Program-made: the position numbers and the translations under genes | NCBI GenBank assembly: GCA_965112735.1 | Contig: OZ218958.1 | Location: forward strand, 744,001 to 808,000 | DNA: 64,000 nt | Direction of reading: 5' to 3' | From: Phaeosaccion multiseriatum | Taxonomy: Eukaryota > Protista > Ochrophyta, other classes | Shown: one piece after another, positions 38,107 through 49,863 of the stretch | Position numbering within the stretch: the stretch's first letter is position 1 | Layout: each line of letters starts with the position of its first letter | Notes under the pieces: model-generated | Databases searched by the model: none | The model's input: only the letters and a program-made list of their open reading frames with translations | What the model was told of the DNA's origin: nothing

Positions 38107-39349
38107 GTGGTGGTGGTGGTGGTGCCGCTGCTTCTCCTTCTGTTTCTTGCTCTTCTTGTTGTCCTCCTTCGTCTTGTTCTTCTCCTCCTCTTCCTCCACA
38201 ACCACCTGGGGCCTCCGACAGTGTCGCTTGAGCGCTTGAAGCACCTCTTCCTTTCGCATGGGCTTATGCAGCACATCGAGAGCTCCCTGAAGGACGATCA
38301 ATAGAGAAAGGCTTCAGCACACACACGCAAGACACACACAGGCATAAACACGCACACACACACGCACGCATACACACACATCGACTCACCATTGCTAAGC
38401 ACTTCTCCGCCGCCCCTGTTTCGTCTACCCCACTCAGCATGATGACGGGAATCTTCCGCAAGCAAGGGTTCTCTTTGATAACGGTCAGCACCTCCAAGCC
38501 GTCCATCTCAGGCATGATGATGTCCAGCAAGATGATGTCCACCTGAGGGACCCATCCAGCGCCACCACTTGACCTCGCGATGGACATTGCACTGGACGCC
38601 AGGCTCGTAGGAGCTTTTGGAGAGAGGCCTTGCTCCGATTGCCGCTCACCAGTCTCCGCGACAGCGACAGACCTGTTGCGACCAAGGCGACGAAGGAGGG
38701 CAATCCCTTTTTCGCCGCTCGATGCTGTCTCCACAAGAAAGTCTTTCCCGAGAATACGAGTGGCAAGTTTGCACGCTACTATCGAGTCATCGATTATAAG
38801 AAGCCTCGTCTTGGAAGGATCGGCCCACTCTTCGTATTCCGAGCCCCACTTCCACTCTCCCTGGTCTGCCGCTAGCGGGCTGTCCCCCGCTTCCCCCGAA
38901 GCTAAGGAGGACCCCGACGACGACGACGACGACGAGGAGGAGGAGGAGGCGGAGGAAGAGGACGAGGAGGGTCGGCGAGGGAAAGAGTCGTCCGCCTCCG
39001 TACCTATCGTACTGGTGCTCCATGACTGAGCCCTCCTTTTCGTCGAATCCCGCTTCAGTATGAAAGGCTGATTTCGTGGGGACGCGTTGATCTCCCCGTT
39101 TTCTTCTTCTTCTTCTTCTTCTTCTTCTTCTTCTTCTTCTTCTTCCCCATCCTTGCCCTCGTCGACCTCCTCCTTGCCCCCTTCTCTCGTGTCTTCCCTC
39201 GTTATCTGACTTATCGTCCTCCCTCTCTTCCTACTCCCCTCCCTGCCACTGGTTCGATAATACGAGGGCGCAGCGGGGATTCGAAGAGGCATACTAACAC
39301 CTTCACGACCCGTGCGGCCTACAAACATTGTCTTGGCCGTTGCCGCCAT
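33144..39349 (-). CDS. Dual-receiver response-regulator protein with a central degenerate AhpC/TSA (peroxiredoxin-like) domain
   Basis: Exons 39349-38390, 38286-37456, 36879-36602, 36219-35943, about 35822-33925, 33561-33144. REC1: [30 protein letters not shown]..|[12 protein letters not shown]2: NVLLVEDS..|..[30 protein letters not shown]. Middle: [23 protein letters not shown]|LLLAFFTC..|..[41 protein letters not shown]. Confidence 0.85.
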
Positions 39350-40218
39350 ATCGTCAGGGGGATATGTGGCTCTTTAAATATTTCTCTCTTTTCCCTATCC
39401 CCCACCCAGCCCTTTCAAAAAAAAACAAGAATTTCTGTAACGTTCTATCCGAGGGCGGTTCCCAGGGGGTCCACCAGTTTGCGCTTGCGGATTTGCACCG
39501 GAGAGTAAAGGGGTGCAAAAGCAAAACAAAAACGTGTTTTTCAGAGGTGAGTGAGGGGAGAAGGGATGCCCTTGAGCTGTTCGAGTAGAAGACCTTGCGA
39601 GTGCCCGGCCGTGCTGGTATGCATCCTTCCTTGCTCCGCCGCTCTTGTCTCGGGGGGGCTTCTCACTTCGCTCCCGCGCCCCGCTGGACGGACGTTCCCC
39701 GGCGACAAAGTAGTTTGGCGAGCAGCAGTGGCCGCATCCGCCCCGACGAAGCAGCAACCAATGCATGGCATTGTTAGCAAGCACTGGGGCCGTTTCGCAC
39801 ACATGTCCACGCACGCGAGTCCGCACACGCGAGGCTTGTGGAATCATTTGGGGGGCTTGGTGACGCTTCCATTTTTGCCCACCAGCGTCACCGGGTGGCA
39901 AGGGGCTACGTGCGAGGGAGAGCAGAAAATACAGGGGGGCTAGAGAGCTGCATCTCGGAAGAGAGCAGCTTTCCTGGTGTCCCCCATCTCTCTATCCTGC
40001 CGTCGCTCGTACTTTTCAGGAAGATTCTCCGCGAACCCATCCTTTCGCAGCTTGCTATTTGCGTCATGTCCTTGCTTCTTGGTCTCATTTGCGTATCTTC
40101 CCTCTGTCCTTTGCTCCTTGTCTGACTTACACCCATCTAATTGCCTGCATTTCCCACAATTGTCTTGATTATTCCTCAGCAGGCCAACTCTTGATACCGC
40201 CATCACACGCGCCTCATC

Positions 40219-43200
40219 ATGTCAATGCAACCCAAGCAGTGGGTGACCGAGCCCCATGAGCTCCTGGAGCCCAAGATCGGCACTGGGGAGGTCGCCGGTA
40301 GGACGCCCACGACTGTCATGGCGGTGTTCAAGGCGACGGTGGAGAAGTTTGGGGACAGGAAGGCTCTTAGCTACAAGGTGAGAGAGAGACAGAGAGAGGG
40401 AGGGTCAAGAGGAGGAAGAAGAAGAAGAACAATAAGAGGGAAGAAGCACGGAATGTGTACTGACGCCATACCTGCTGACTGGAAGAAGCTTTCTCTGACT
40501 TCTCCTATCCCCACACAGCTCGCTCACCCACGGAGCTGCTGTGCTTGCTTCCTAACGTCGACCCCAAGCCCCTTACTCTGGACTCTTTTCCTTTCTTCGC
40601 GTTGCCCTCACTCACCTACTCACTCACTAACGCATCTCCCCTTCCTTCTGCAACCATCTGTCTCTGTTTGTTCATCTACCCGCTGCGGTGCCACTGCCGG
40701 GCCACTGCCGTGTCAGATCCCGAAGGAGGATGGGTCGGTGGTGGGGGTGGAGTGGACACACTTGACCTGGAAGGAGTACTACGCTCAGGTGTGTGTGTGA
40801 GAGAGAGAGAGAGAGGGAGAGGGGCGGGGGAGGGAGGGAGGGAGAGAGGGAGGCCAAGTAGGGTGGGAGGGACACAAGACAGAGCTATTCGCCCATAGAG
40901 ACCTGACAATGGGTGGGTGTACACAGTACAGAGTGCACGCCAGTCCTTGCGGGGATGGGAGTGGGACACGTGTCAATGGATGGATGCCTGTACCGTGCCT
41001 ACCTCCTCTCTCAATCCACAACTTCGCTTTACCTATTTCTTCTCGTCGCCAACCGTATAACTAACCAACCAACCAACCAACCACCCAAACCCCCGTCGCT
41101 CCCAGTCTCTGGCCTTTGCTAAGTCGCTCGTGAAGGGCGGTTTCGCGCCTCACCGCTGCACCAACATCCTGGGCTTCAACTCCAAAGAGTGGTTCATTGC
41201 TAACATGGGCACCATCGCGGCAGGGGGCATCGCGGCAGGCATCTACGCCACCAACCTCTCCGAGGTACGATCCATGAGCGATACATAACCATACATAAAC
41301 ATACGTAGCGTAGCAGAGAGGGGGAGGTGTATCGGCAGACATCTACTACGTCAACAACCTCTCCGGGACACGTTACGTTATGTAACCTTAAATAACCACT
41401 CCGTGTATATGCGTGTGTGTGTTGCCCGTTGTCCCTCTCTCTCTCATCTCTCTTGCTCTCTTTCCCCTGCCCCCTTCCCTCTCCCCTGAACCCCTCCCTC
41501 TCCTGCCCCCTCCCTCTCCTGCCCCCTCCCTCTCCCCTGCCCCCCTCCCTCTCCTGCCCCCTCCCTCTCCCCTGCCCCCCTCCCTCCCCCCCTCCCTCCT
41601 CTCCCTCCCTCCCTCCCTCCCTCCCCTCCCTCCCCTCCCTCCCGTCCCTCCCCTCCCTTCCTCTCCCTCCCTCCCTCCCCTCCCCTCCCTCCCTCTCTCC
41701 CTCCCTCCCTCCCTCCCTCCCCCCCTCCCTCCCCTCCCTCCCTCCCCTCCCTCCCTCCCTCCCTCCCTCCCTCCCCTCCCTCCCTCCCTCCCCTCCCTCT
41801 CTCCCTCCCTCCCAGGCGTGCAAGTACATCTCGGATCACTCCGAGGCCGAGGTGGTCATTCTGGAGGGGCAGGCGCAGCTTGACAAGTACAAGGGCATCG
41901 CTAAGGACCTCAAGAACCTCAAGGTGTGGCATGTGTACTCCAACCAAAGAGTCGTTGTCATGTGTGATGCCATGTGCTTTTTCCCCGGTTGGGGCCAGGA
42001 TTTGTTGTTGTGAAATTGAGCTCAACCTCTTGACATTCTTCTTGGGGTGTTTCTCCCCTTCCCTCAATCCCTCCCTGCCTCCCTCCCTCCCCTTCCCAGT
42101 CGATCGTGGTGTACAACATCGCCTCCATCCCCTCTGACCTGGACATTGGCGTCCCTGTCTACACCTTCGATGGCTTCCTCAAACTTGGGGCAGAGGTGGA
42201 CGACGCCACCATGGAGACACGCATCTCAGACCAGAAGCCCGGCCACTGCTGCTCCCTCATCTACACCTCCGGCACCACAGGCCCACCCAAAGCCGTCATG
42301 ATCAGGTGCGTTGATCAGTCTGTGTGTGTATGTGTGTATGGGTGTGTATGGGTGTGTGTACGTGTGGGTTTGTGTGTGTGCGTGTGGGTGTGTGTATACG
42401 TGTGTGGGTGGGTGTTTGCGGGTATGTTCGTGTGGGTGGGTGGGTGGGTGGGTGGGAGTGTGTGTGGGGTGGGTAGGTGGGTGTGGGTGGGTAGGTGGGT
42501 GTGGGTGGGTAGGTGGGTGTGGGTAGGTGGGTGTGGGTGGGTAGGTGGGTGTGGGGTGGGTAGGTGGGTGTGGGTGGGTAGGTGGGTGTGGGTGGGTAGG
42601 TGGGTGTGGGTGGGTAGGTGGGTGTGGGTGGGTAGGTGGGTGTGGGTGGGCAGGTGGGTGTGGGTGGGTAGGTGGGTGTGGGTGGGTAGGTGGGTGTGGG
42701 TGGGTAGGTGGGTGTGGGTGGGTAGGTGGGTGTGGGTGTGTGTGTGGGGGGAGGGGTCTGGGGGTTGGGGGCGGGGTGCGTGCTCTGTGTGTCTTGTCTG
42801 TCTCTCCGTCTCTCCCTCTCCCTCTCCCTCTCTCTTCTCTCACACACACTCTCTCTCTTAATCTCCACCCATTGGCTGCTCTCCCTCTCTTCCTCCCTCC
42901 CTCCCTCCCTCTGTGAACTATACAGCCAGGACAACATTACATGGACAGCAAACACGCTGCTGAGCATGTACCCCTTCGACCACACCGAGAGGGTCATCTC
43001 CTACCTCCCCCTCAGGTAGTTGCAGTGGGGTAGGGTAGGGTAGAGGTAAACCCTCTGTCCTGACACCCCTCTCCATCTGCTCTGACACCCTCTCTCTCTC
43101 TGTCTCTGACATACCTGTCCTGATAACCTCCCTCCCTCCCTCTCTCTCTCCCTCTCTCCCTCTCTCGCCCATCTCCCTCCACCCCCACGGGCCCCTCCAT

Positions 43201-43293
43201 ACGCCCATATGCACCTCCAGCCACATTGCGGCCCAGGTTCTGGACATGCACGGTCCTATGTTCATCGGCGGACAGGTAAAGCATTCTCTCCCT

Positions 43294-43328
<35 letters not shown>

Positions 43329-45529
43329 TGGCTCTCCCTCTCTTTCCCCCTGTCTCTCCCTCTCTGTACCTCTCTCTCCCCCTCCCCCCTCTTCTCTCTT
43401 CTCTCACTCCCTCTTTCGCTCTGCCCGCCTTCCCTGCCTCTCTCTTATTACCCTCTCTCTCGCTCCTCTCCTTCTCCCTCCCCCTCTCTCTCTTTCACAC
43501 ACAAACACTGTCTCTCTCTTTCACACGCACACACTCTCTCCCTCTGTATCTCTTTTATACACACACACTCTCTATTTCATACACACACTCTCTCTTTCAT
43601 ACACACACACACTCTCTCTCTCTTTCTCGCTCTCTCTCTCTTTCTCTCTCTCTCTTTCTCTCTCTCTCGCTCTCTAAGGTGTTCTTCGCACAGCCCGATG
43701 CCCTGCGCGGCTCTCTGGGGGCAACTTTGAAGGATGTGAAGCCCACCATCTTCTTCGGAGTGCCCCGAGTGTGGGAGAAGATCTACGACAAGATGCAGGT
43801 GGGTGGTATGTCAATGGGTGCGTGGGTGCGTGGAGTGGGTGGGTGGTGGGGTCCTTCCTTCCCCTCCCTACCCCAACATAGTGCTCACCCTGTCCCTCTC
43901 TCTCTGTTTGTCTGTTTTTCTATCTGCCTGTCTGTCTGCCTGTCTGTCTGTCTGTCTGTCTTGTCTCTTACCTCCCTGCCTCCCTCCCTCCCTACCTCCT
44001 TACCTGATGTCAGGATGTGTCCCGCTCCACCAAGGGAGTAAAGAAGAAGATTGCGACATGGGCCAAGCGCAAGGGCTCAGAGAAGAGTGCCCTTCACCAG
44101 TACGGAGGGGGGGATGGGGCGCCCTGCGGTTACGGCATCGCCAGCGGCCTTGTCTTCAGCAAGATCAAGGTACAGCAGTTGGTGGTATGGGCAGAAGGGT
44201 AGGGGTGGGGTTGAGGTAGGATGGGGAAGGAGGAGACACAGGGAGAGACAGGGTGAAGGGGGCGAGCCGGCCTGCTTGGTCCGCATGTCTATCCTGCCTG
44301 TCGAACGTACCTGTCCGTCTGTTCGGGCGTGGGTGCGATTGTGTGTGCTTCACTCCGTGCCACGCCACTCTCTGACGTGTCTTTTGTCATTTTTGTCCTC
44401 TCTCTCCCTCCCTCCCTCCCCCTCTTCCTCCCTCCATCCATCCCTCTCTCCCTCCCTCCCTCTCTCCCTCCCTGAATCACCAACACCAACACATAGGCTG
44501 TGTTGGGCCTAAACGAGACCAAGGCGTGCTTCACCGCCGCTGCCCCCATCAGCGTGGAGGTGCTCAAGTACTTTGCCTCCATTGACATTCCCATCTACGA
44601 GGTTAGTGTGTGTGTGTGTCTCCCTCGTTTTCTCCCCCTCTTTCGCTCTCTCTCCCTCTCTCTGTATATAGGCTGTATATCTGTTTTCTCTCTCCCACTC
44701 TCTCCATCTCTCGTCTCTCACTCCGTTGCATTGACATTCCCATCATGAGGTTCATCGGTCTGTCTTTTTCTTTTTTTCTCTCTCTCGTTCCTCTCCCTTA
44801 CTCTCCCCCTCTCTTCCCTCTCTTCCTTCTCCCTGCCCACCCAAAGGTGTTCGGCCAGTCCGAATGCACTGGCCCCCAAACCGCCAACACCATCGACGCG
44901 TGGAAAATCGGAACGTGTGGAAGGCCCATGATCGGCACTGAGAGCATGATTGTGCCTGAGAACGGAGAGCTTTGCTACAGGTACAGGGGCGTGCAGCTGT
45001 ACAGACACCCTTACTTACCCTTACTTACCCTTACTCCCCTCCTCTTCGCCGCATTTGTCATTGTCTTTTGTCTTTGTGGGCGGCTGCCTCTGTGTACACG
45101 GTAACTGCACACTGCTAACTGCTAACCAGCTGCCAATGCCAACAACAATTGCAACTCAAACTGATTACAGGGGCCGCCACATCTTTATGGGGTACATGCA
45201 CGACCCCGATAAGACGAAGGAAACCATCGATGGGAAGGGATGGATGCACTCAGGGGATGTTGTCAAGTTTGACGACGACGGCATCGACGGCATGGTGAGC
45301 CATACGTGGAGAGGGAGTGATGAGCGAGTAGTTAGTGATGAGGAAGGAAGTGGGGGAGGGGGGGGGGGGGCAGAGGGAGGGAGCGTCGAGGGTATGGTCA
45401 GTCATCAGAGGAGGTGTGGGGGGGCTGGGCAATAGGAGCGATGTACACATGTAGAGAGAGAGAGAGAGGACCTTAAAGCAGTTCCAAACACGTTCCCTCC
45501 CTCCCTCCCTCCTCCTCCTCCTCCTCCTC

Positions 45530-45561
<32 letters not shown>

Positions 45562-46722
45562 TTTCCTCGCCTCTGTCAGGTTGGGCCCAGCGGATTCATG
45601 AGCATCACAGGACGCATCAAGGAGCTGATCATCACCGCAGGAGGAGAGAACATCCCGCCGGGTAAGTTAGGCAGTTGGCGATACACTACAACAGTTGTTA
45701 TTCCCCCCTCTCTGTCCACCCTCGTTCCTCTCTACTCTCTGCTCCTCTCCTCCCTCTACCGCTCATCGTATCTCTCCCATCTCTCTCTCTGTGTGTGTGT
45801 GTGCGTGCGTGCGTGTCCATGCAGTGCTGATCGAGGACCAGTTCAAGAAGGCCATGCCCGCCATCTCCAATGCGATGGTCATCGGAGACCAAAGGAAGTT
45901 CCTCTCCATTCTTCTCACCCTCAAGGTCAGTGAGAGAGGAAGAGAGGGGAGGAGGAAGGGAGTAAGCGCATGGTCTAAGGACGCATAAGCACGTACAGAA
46001 AACACACCCGCACACGTACATGCACACTTTTGCCCGCATACACACACTCATACTTCACACACACCCATAATCGCCCTCCTCCTCCTCCTCCTCCTCCTCC
46101 TCGTCCCCCTCCTCCTCCTCCTCGACTGGCGACGGTGGGAGCAGGTGGAGATGGATGAAGAAGGTTCTCCGACCGACAAGCTCACTGGCGACGCTCTGAC
46201 CACGAGCAAAGAGATAGGCAGTGTCGCCACAACGGTCAAAGAGGCGATGGAAGATCCGCTGTGGACCACTTACCTTGACAATGGCATGAAGGCCGCCAAC
46301 AAGGCCACCACCAGCAGGGCTCAAGAGGTGAGGGAGTTGGTGATCTAGAGGGAGGGAGGGAGGGAGGGAGGGAGGGAGGGAGGGAGGGGGAAGCGAGAGC
46401 GGAGAGTACGAGACAAGAGAACGAGAAGAGAGACATGGATGATGGCGAATGGAGGGGGCGATGCGGAGGGAGTAAGTACCCCATCAGCCACACTCACTAA
46501 CACCCATCACACACCGGCCCACCCATTCTCCCTCGTCATTGTTGGACATATATATAACCGTGTCGTCAGGTGAAGAAGTGGGCTCTGCTGACTGACGACT
46601 TCTGCGAGAGAGGCGGGGAGCTGACGCCGACCTTGAAACTGAAGCGGGGCCCCACCGCTGCCAAACACAGCACTGTGATTGAGGGAATGTACGCTCCAGC
46701 CCTGCCGGCAAGCAGCACGTAG
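40219..46722 (+). CDS. ACSBG: Long-chain fatty acyl-CoA ligase, bubblegum (ACSBG) type
   Basis: NILGFNSKEWFIANMGTIAAGGIAAGIYATN; AMP-binding CCSLIYTSGTTGPPKAVMI; ISYLPLSHIAAQ; PTIFFGVPRVWEKI; FGQSECTGP; GRHIFMGY; WMHSGD; ITGRIKELIITAGGENIPP|VLIED; GELTPTLKLKR; stop TAG 46720-46722. Confidence 0.93.
42470..42736. repeat. 18-bp G-rich intronic minisatellite (GGGTGGGTAGGTGGGTGT)n
   Basis: About 14 tandem copies inside an ACSBG intron, with dense GGG runs on the sense strand. Confidence 0.9.
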
Positions 46723-47019
46723 TAAGGCAGTGAAAGTGAGGGTGCTGCTGCTGTTCTCTACTGTGGTACGGGTGTGCGTGTGTGCGTGTCACCGCTATCA
46801 GTCAAGTGTCAAAGCAGCAGCAAGAAGGATCTTGAATTGAAGCTATGCGAACGAAGTGATATCAGTAGTGATGGAGCCAGTGGAGGGGACCATAACAAGT
46901 GGTGGTAGGGTGAGGTGAGGTGAGGTGAGGTGAGGTGACTCAAAGCGAGGCCGAATGGATTGAGTGGTGAGCCCCACACACACCACTGCCAAACGGCGAA
47001 TGTTTTTCTTCGCACTACA

Positions 47020-47079
47020 CAGAGTACTACCGTCTACAGTTCGTCTGTGCAGAGTACTACAGTCTACAGTTCGTCTGTG
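47020..47079. repeat. 30-bp direct tandem duplication between convergent 3' ends
   Basis: CAGAGTACTAC(C/A)GTCTACAGTTCGTCTGTG, two copies. Confidence 0.85.
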
Positions 47080-47203
47080 TCGCGCCGTTAGGTCAAGGCT
47101 TCGTTTTGTTTTTTTGTCCCCTTTTCTCTCCAAGGATACATTTTTTTTTTCATTTTTTCATTATATATTACATGACGATTTTCTACAGTATATATAAATC
47201 TTT

Positions 47204-49863
47204 TTAACCGCTGCATGTGTAAACGCTATTCACGCTGACGAGCTCCACACGATAGATGAGCGTCGCGTCCGGTGGTATGCCGCGCCGCTTCAGGCCGTTC
47301 TTTCCGTACCCGAGCACCGGTGGGATGTACACCACTCGCCGTTCTCCGGGACACATGCCCACCAAACCAAGGTCCCAGCCGGGAGGGAACTGCCCTGCTC
47401 CCTGCTTGCCAAGCACAAGGTAAATGGTTCCGTCACCGCCACGACCCTGCACCTGGATCGAGGGAGGGAGGGAGGGAGGGAGGGAGGGGAGGGGAGGGAA
47501 GGGGGGGGGATGGGGGTACAAAAAAGGGTGAGCTTGAGAGCTCACAATCTCTGGTCCCACCGCCATCTTTTCCTCGGCTCTCGGTGGTGCCAAAACGGGC
47601 GAAACGAGTTTGAGAGGCGTCATGAAACACCCCTCCCTTCCCTTTAATAGCACAGCACAGCACACCTTCACACTGACCTCCTTGCCGTTGATCTTAACCA
47701 TGGAGCCGTCAAAGATGGTGCCATTCTCCAGTGCGCCTTGATACTTAATCTCCAACAGATCCCCTCGCTTCGCCCCTCCCTTACAGCCCGAGGAGGAGCA
47801 AAGGGGCGACGGCCGCGCTTGCACCACGCGAAGCACCTGCTCAGACTGTCCTGCGCCGGCCACCGCCGGAGCTACTTCTGTGGATACTTGCGGCTCTCCA
47901 CTCTCATCCTTCTTGTCGGAGAAGGAGCGAAGGAGTTGAGTGAATTTGCCCGGGTCGCGAAAGACAATACTGAGCGGCCGAGGAGCCGCTTGAATGGCAG
48001 CCTTGACCTGGAATTTGAATTGAAGCAAACAAGGAGAGGAAAGCAGAGCAGAGGAGGAGGAGGAGGGGGTGGGGGGGGGGGGTTGGTTTCCTGGGTGTTG
48101 GTAGGTGGGTGAGTGGGTGAGAATGGGTGAGTGAGTGAGAATGGGTGAGTGGGTAAGTGAGAGAGAGAGTGAGTGAGTGAGTGAGTGAGTGAGTCAGTGA
48201 GTGGAGGTAAATTCCGCGATTTCAGAGCGTCTGACGCATCGGCGAGTAGGCTCCCTTTTCGGCCTTTTTGAGCAGAGAGAGAGAGAGAGTCGAGGTTGTT
48301 CGTCCCTCGTCGCTCGTTGCTACTCCAATCCACAGTCGGTGGATGAAAGAATGAATGAATGCAAGACTTGATAGCAGGGCCTTCCTTTCTCACTCGCGTT
48401 GACGAGCGAGAAACCCTTCAATCCAATCCAATCTACAGCCCAAGCATTTCGACTGCAAGGGTGTAATGACTCTGGCCTAAGCGAGCCTCTCTAGCTACGC
48501 TTTCTTACGAGGGAAGGTGTGCAAGGCCCTCCCTGTAATCCCTCCCTCCCTCCCCCCACCTCTCTCTCTCTCTCTCCTCCCTCCCTCTCTCTCTCCTCTC
48601 TCTCTCTCTCCTCTCTCTCTCCCCTGCTCGTACCCTCATCTCCGATGGCTGTTGTGCGTACTCTGCTTTTAATACCCCACCTAACCCCCCCCCCTCCTAC
48701 CTCCCTAACCCACCTGGGGTCCACTGAGCCGCTCCACAGGCTTTCCATCAACGGTCACCACGACCAAGTTCGGTCTAATCTCTCTCTTCGTCTCTGCTTC
48801 CCCCCCCGGGATGACTCTCTTGATGACCACGCGGCTGCTGTCCTGCAGCGAGAGGATAGAGTAAAAATAGGGTATGTACAGGGTATTATAAGGTGCATTT
48901 AGGGTATAGTGTATACATAGGGTATGGGGGGGTATAGGGTGTGCGGTTTGGGGCATAGGGTGTGGAGGGGTCAACGGACCACGCAGGCAAGGTGGGGAGG
49001 CGAGAGGAGATGAGTAGATGCTTTACTACAAGTCGAGGCCAGGAGATGAGTAGATGCTTTACTACAAGTCGAGGCCAGGAGGCTGCCACTGTGCTGCTGC
49101 ATGCACGTTCCGACGGGGACACAGATAGGCATACAGAGTCACATCTACCACGAGTCAGTCGTACTTTAAATAATACTTTAATAATTTTAATAACGTAGTG
49201 GAAGAAGATGTAAGAATAGGAAAGACTACATGTAGGTACGTACCTGCAACATGAGCTCATCCAACTCAATGCCCAGGGCTGCCTCCTTGAACACGACTTC
49301 AAACTCGTCGCTCGGGAGGGCGGCGGCGGTGGTGGTGGCGGGGGCAAGTGTCCCACCCAGACAGGCAAGGGAGAATCCCAGTGCAGAAACCAACATTCCC
49401 CTCCTCGTAGCAGGGGCCGCTGCAGCAGTAGCAGCAGGGGTGTCTGGAGTGGCAAGTGGGGAGCGATGTGTGCTTGGTAAAGACGGGTGGCGCAGGGGCG
49501 GCTGGGAAGAGGCGGACTTTCTTCTGCGTCGAAGTCGTTGGTGATGCCGAGGCGCGGATGGGGTGGGGCTTGCATGCATTCTGAATAGAAGGAGGAGCAG
49601 TGGTTCGGAAAAGCAGGAGAGGAGGAAGGGCGAATCATGTTGACATCGATTATTCTTCGTTCCTTCGACGCGTTAGAGGTCAGACTCCACGAGGGTTGGC
49701 GACAGTCGACTCACCTGGCGTTCATGTCGCGCTGCTTGGTCTTGCCGCTCGATACTTGCCCGAAGAGGGAAGCGTGGCCGTATGGATGTAGAGGAGGTGT
49801 CCCGGGCCCGACAAACGCTGCTACTGCTGGGCAGCAGGCGAGGCAAAGTGCTGCAAACCTCAT
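47204..49863 (-). CDS. PDZ-domain + FKBP-type peptidyl-prolyl isomerase with tripartite plastid/thylakoid-lumen targeting
   Basis: Exon 1 (not in the ORF track) from ATG 49863: MRFAALCLACCPAVAA/FVGPG..MNAR|MHASP..ATRRGMLVSALGFSLACLGG..AAA; PDZ-like EFEVVFKEAALGIELDEL..|..VVIKRVIPGGEAE..VVVTVDGKPV..|VKAAIQAAPRPLSIVFR; FKBP AKRGDLLEIKYQGALENGTIFD..|..GWDLGLVGMCPGERRVVYIPPVLGYG..GIPPDATLIYRVELV. Confidence 0.88.
49005..49076. repeat. Perfect 36-bp tandem duplication in an intron
   Basis: AGGAGATGAGTAGATGCTTTACTACAAGTCGAGGCC, two copies. Confidence 0.9.

Noticed and set aside
33144-39349. Bacterial contaminant or recent HGT two-component locus
   Set aside because: The gene has spliceosomal introns and low-complexity inserts like its neighbours, and no kinase partner or operon is adjacent.
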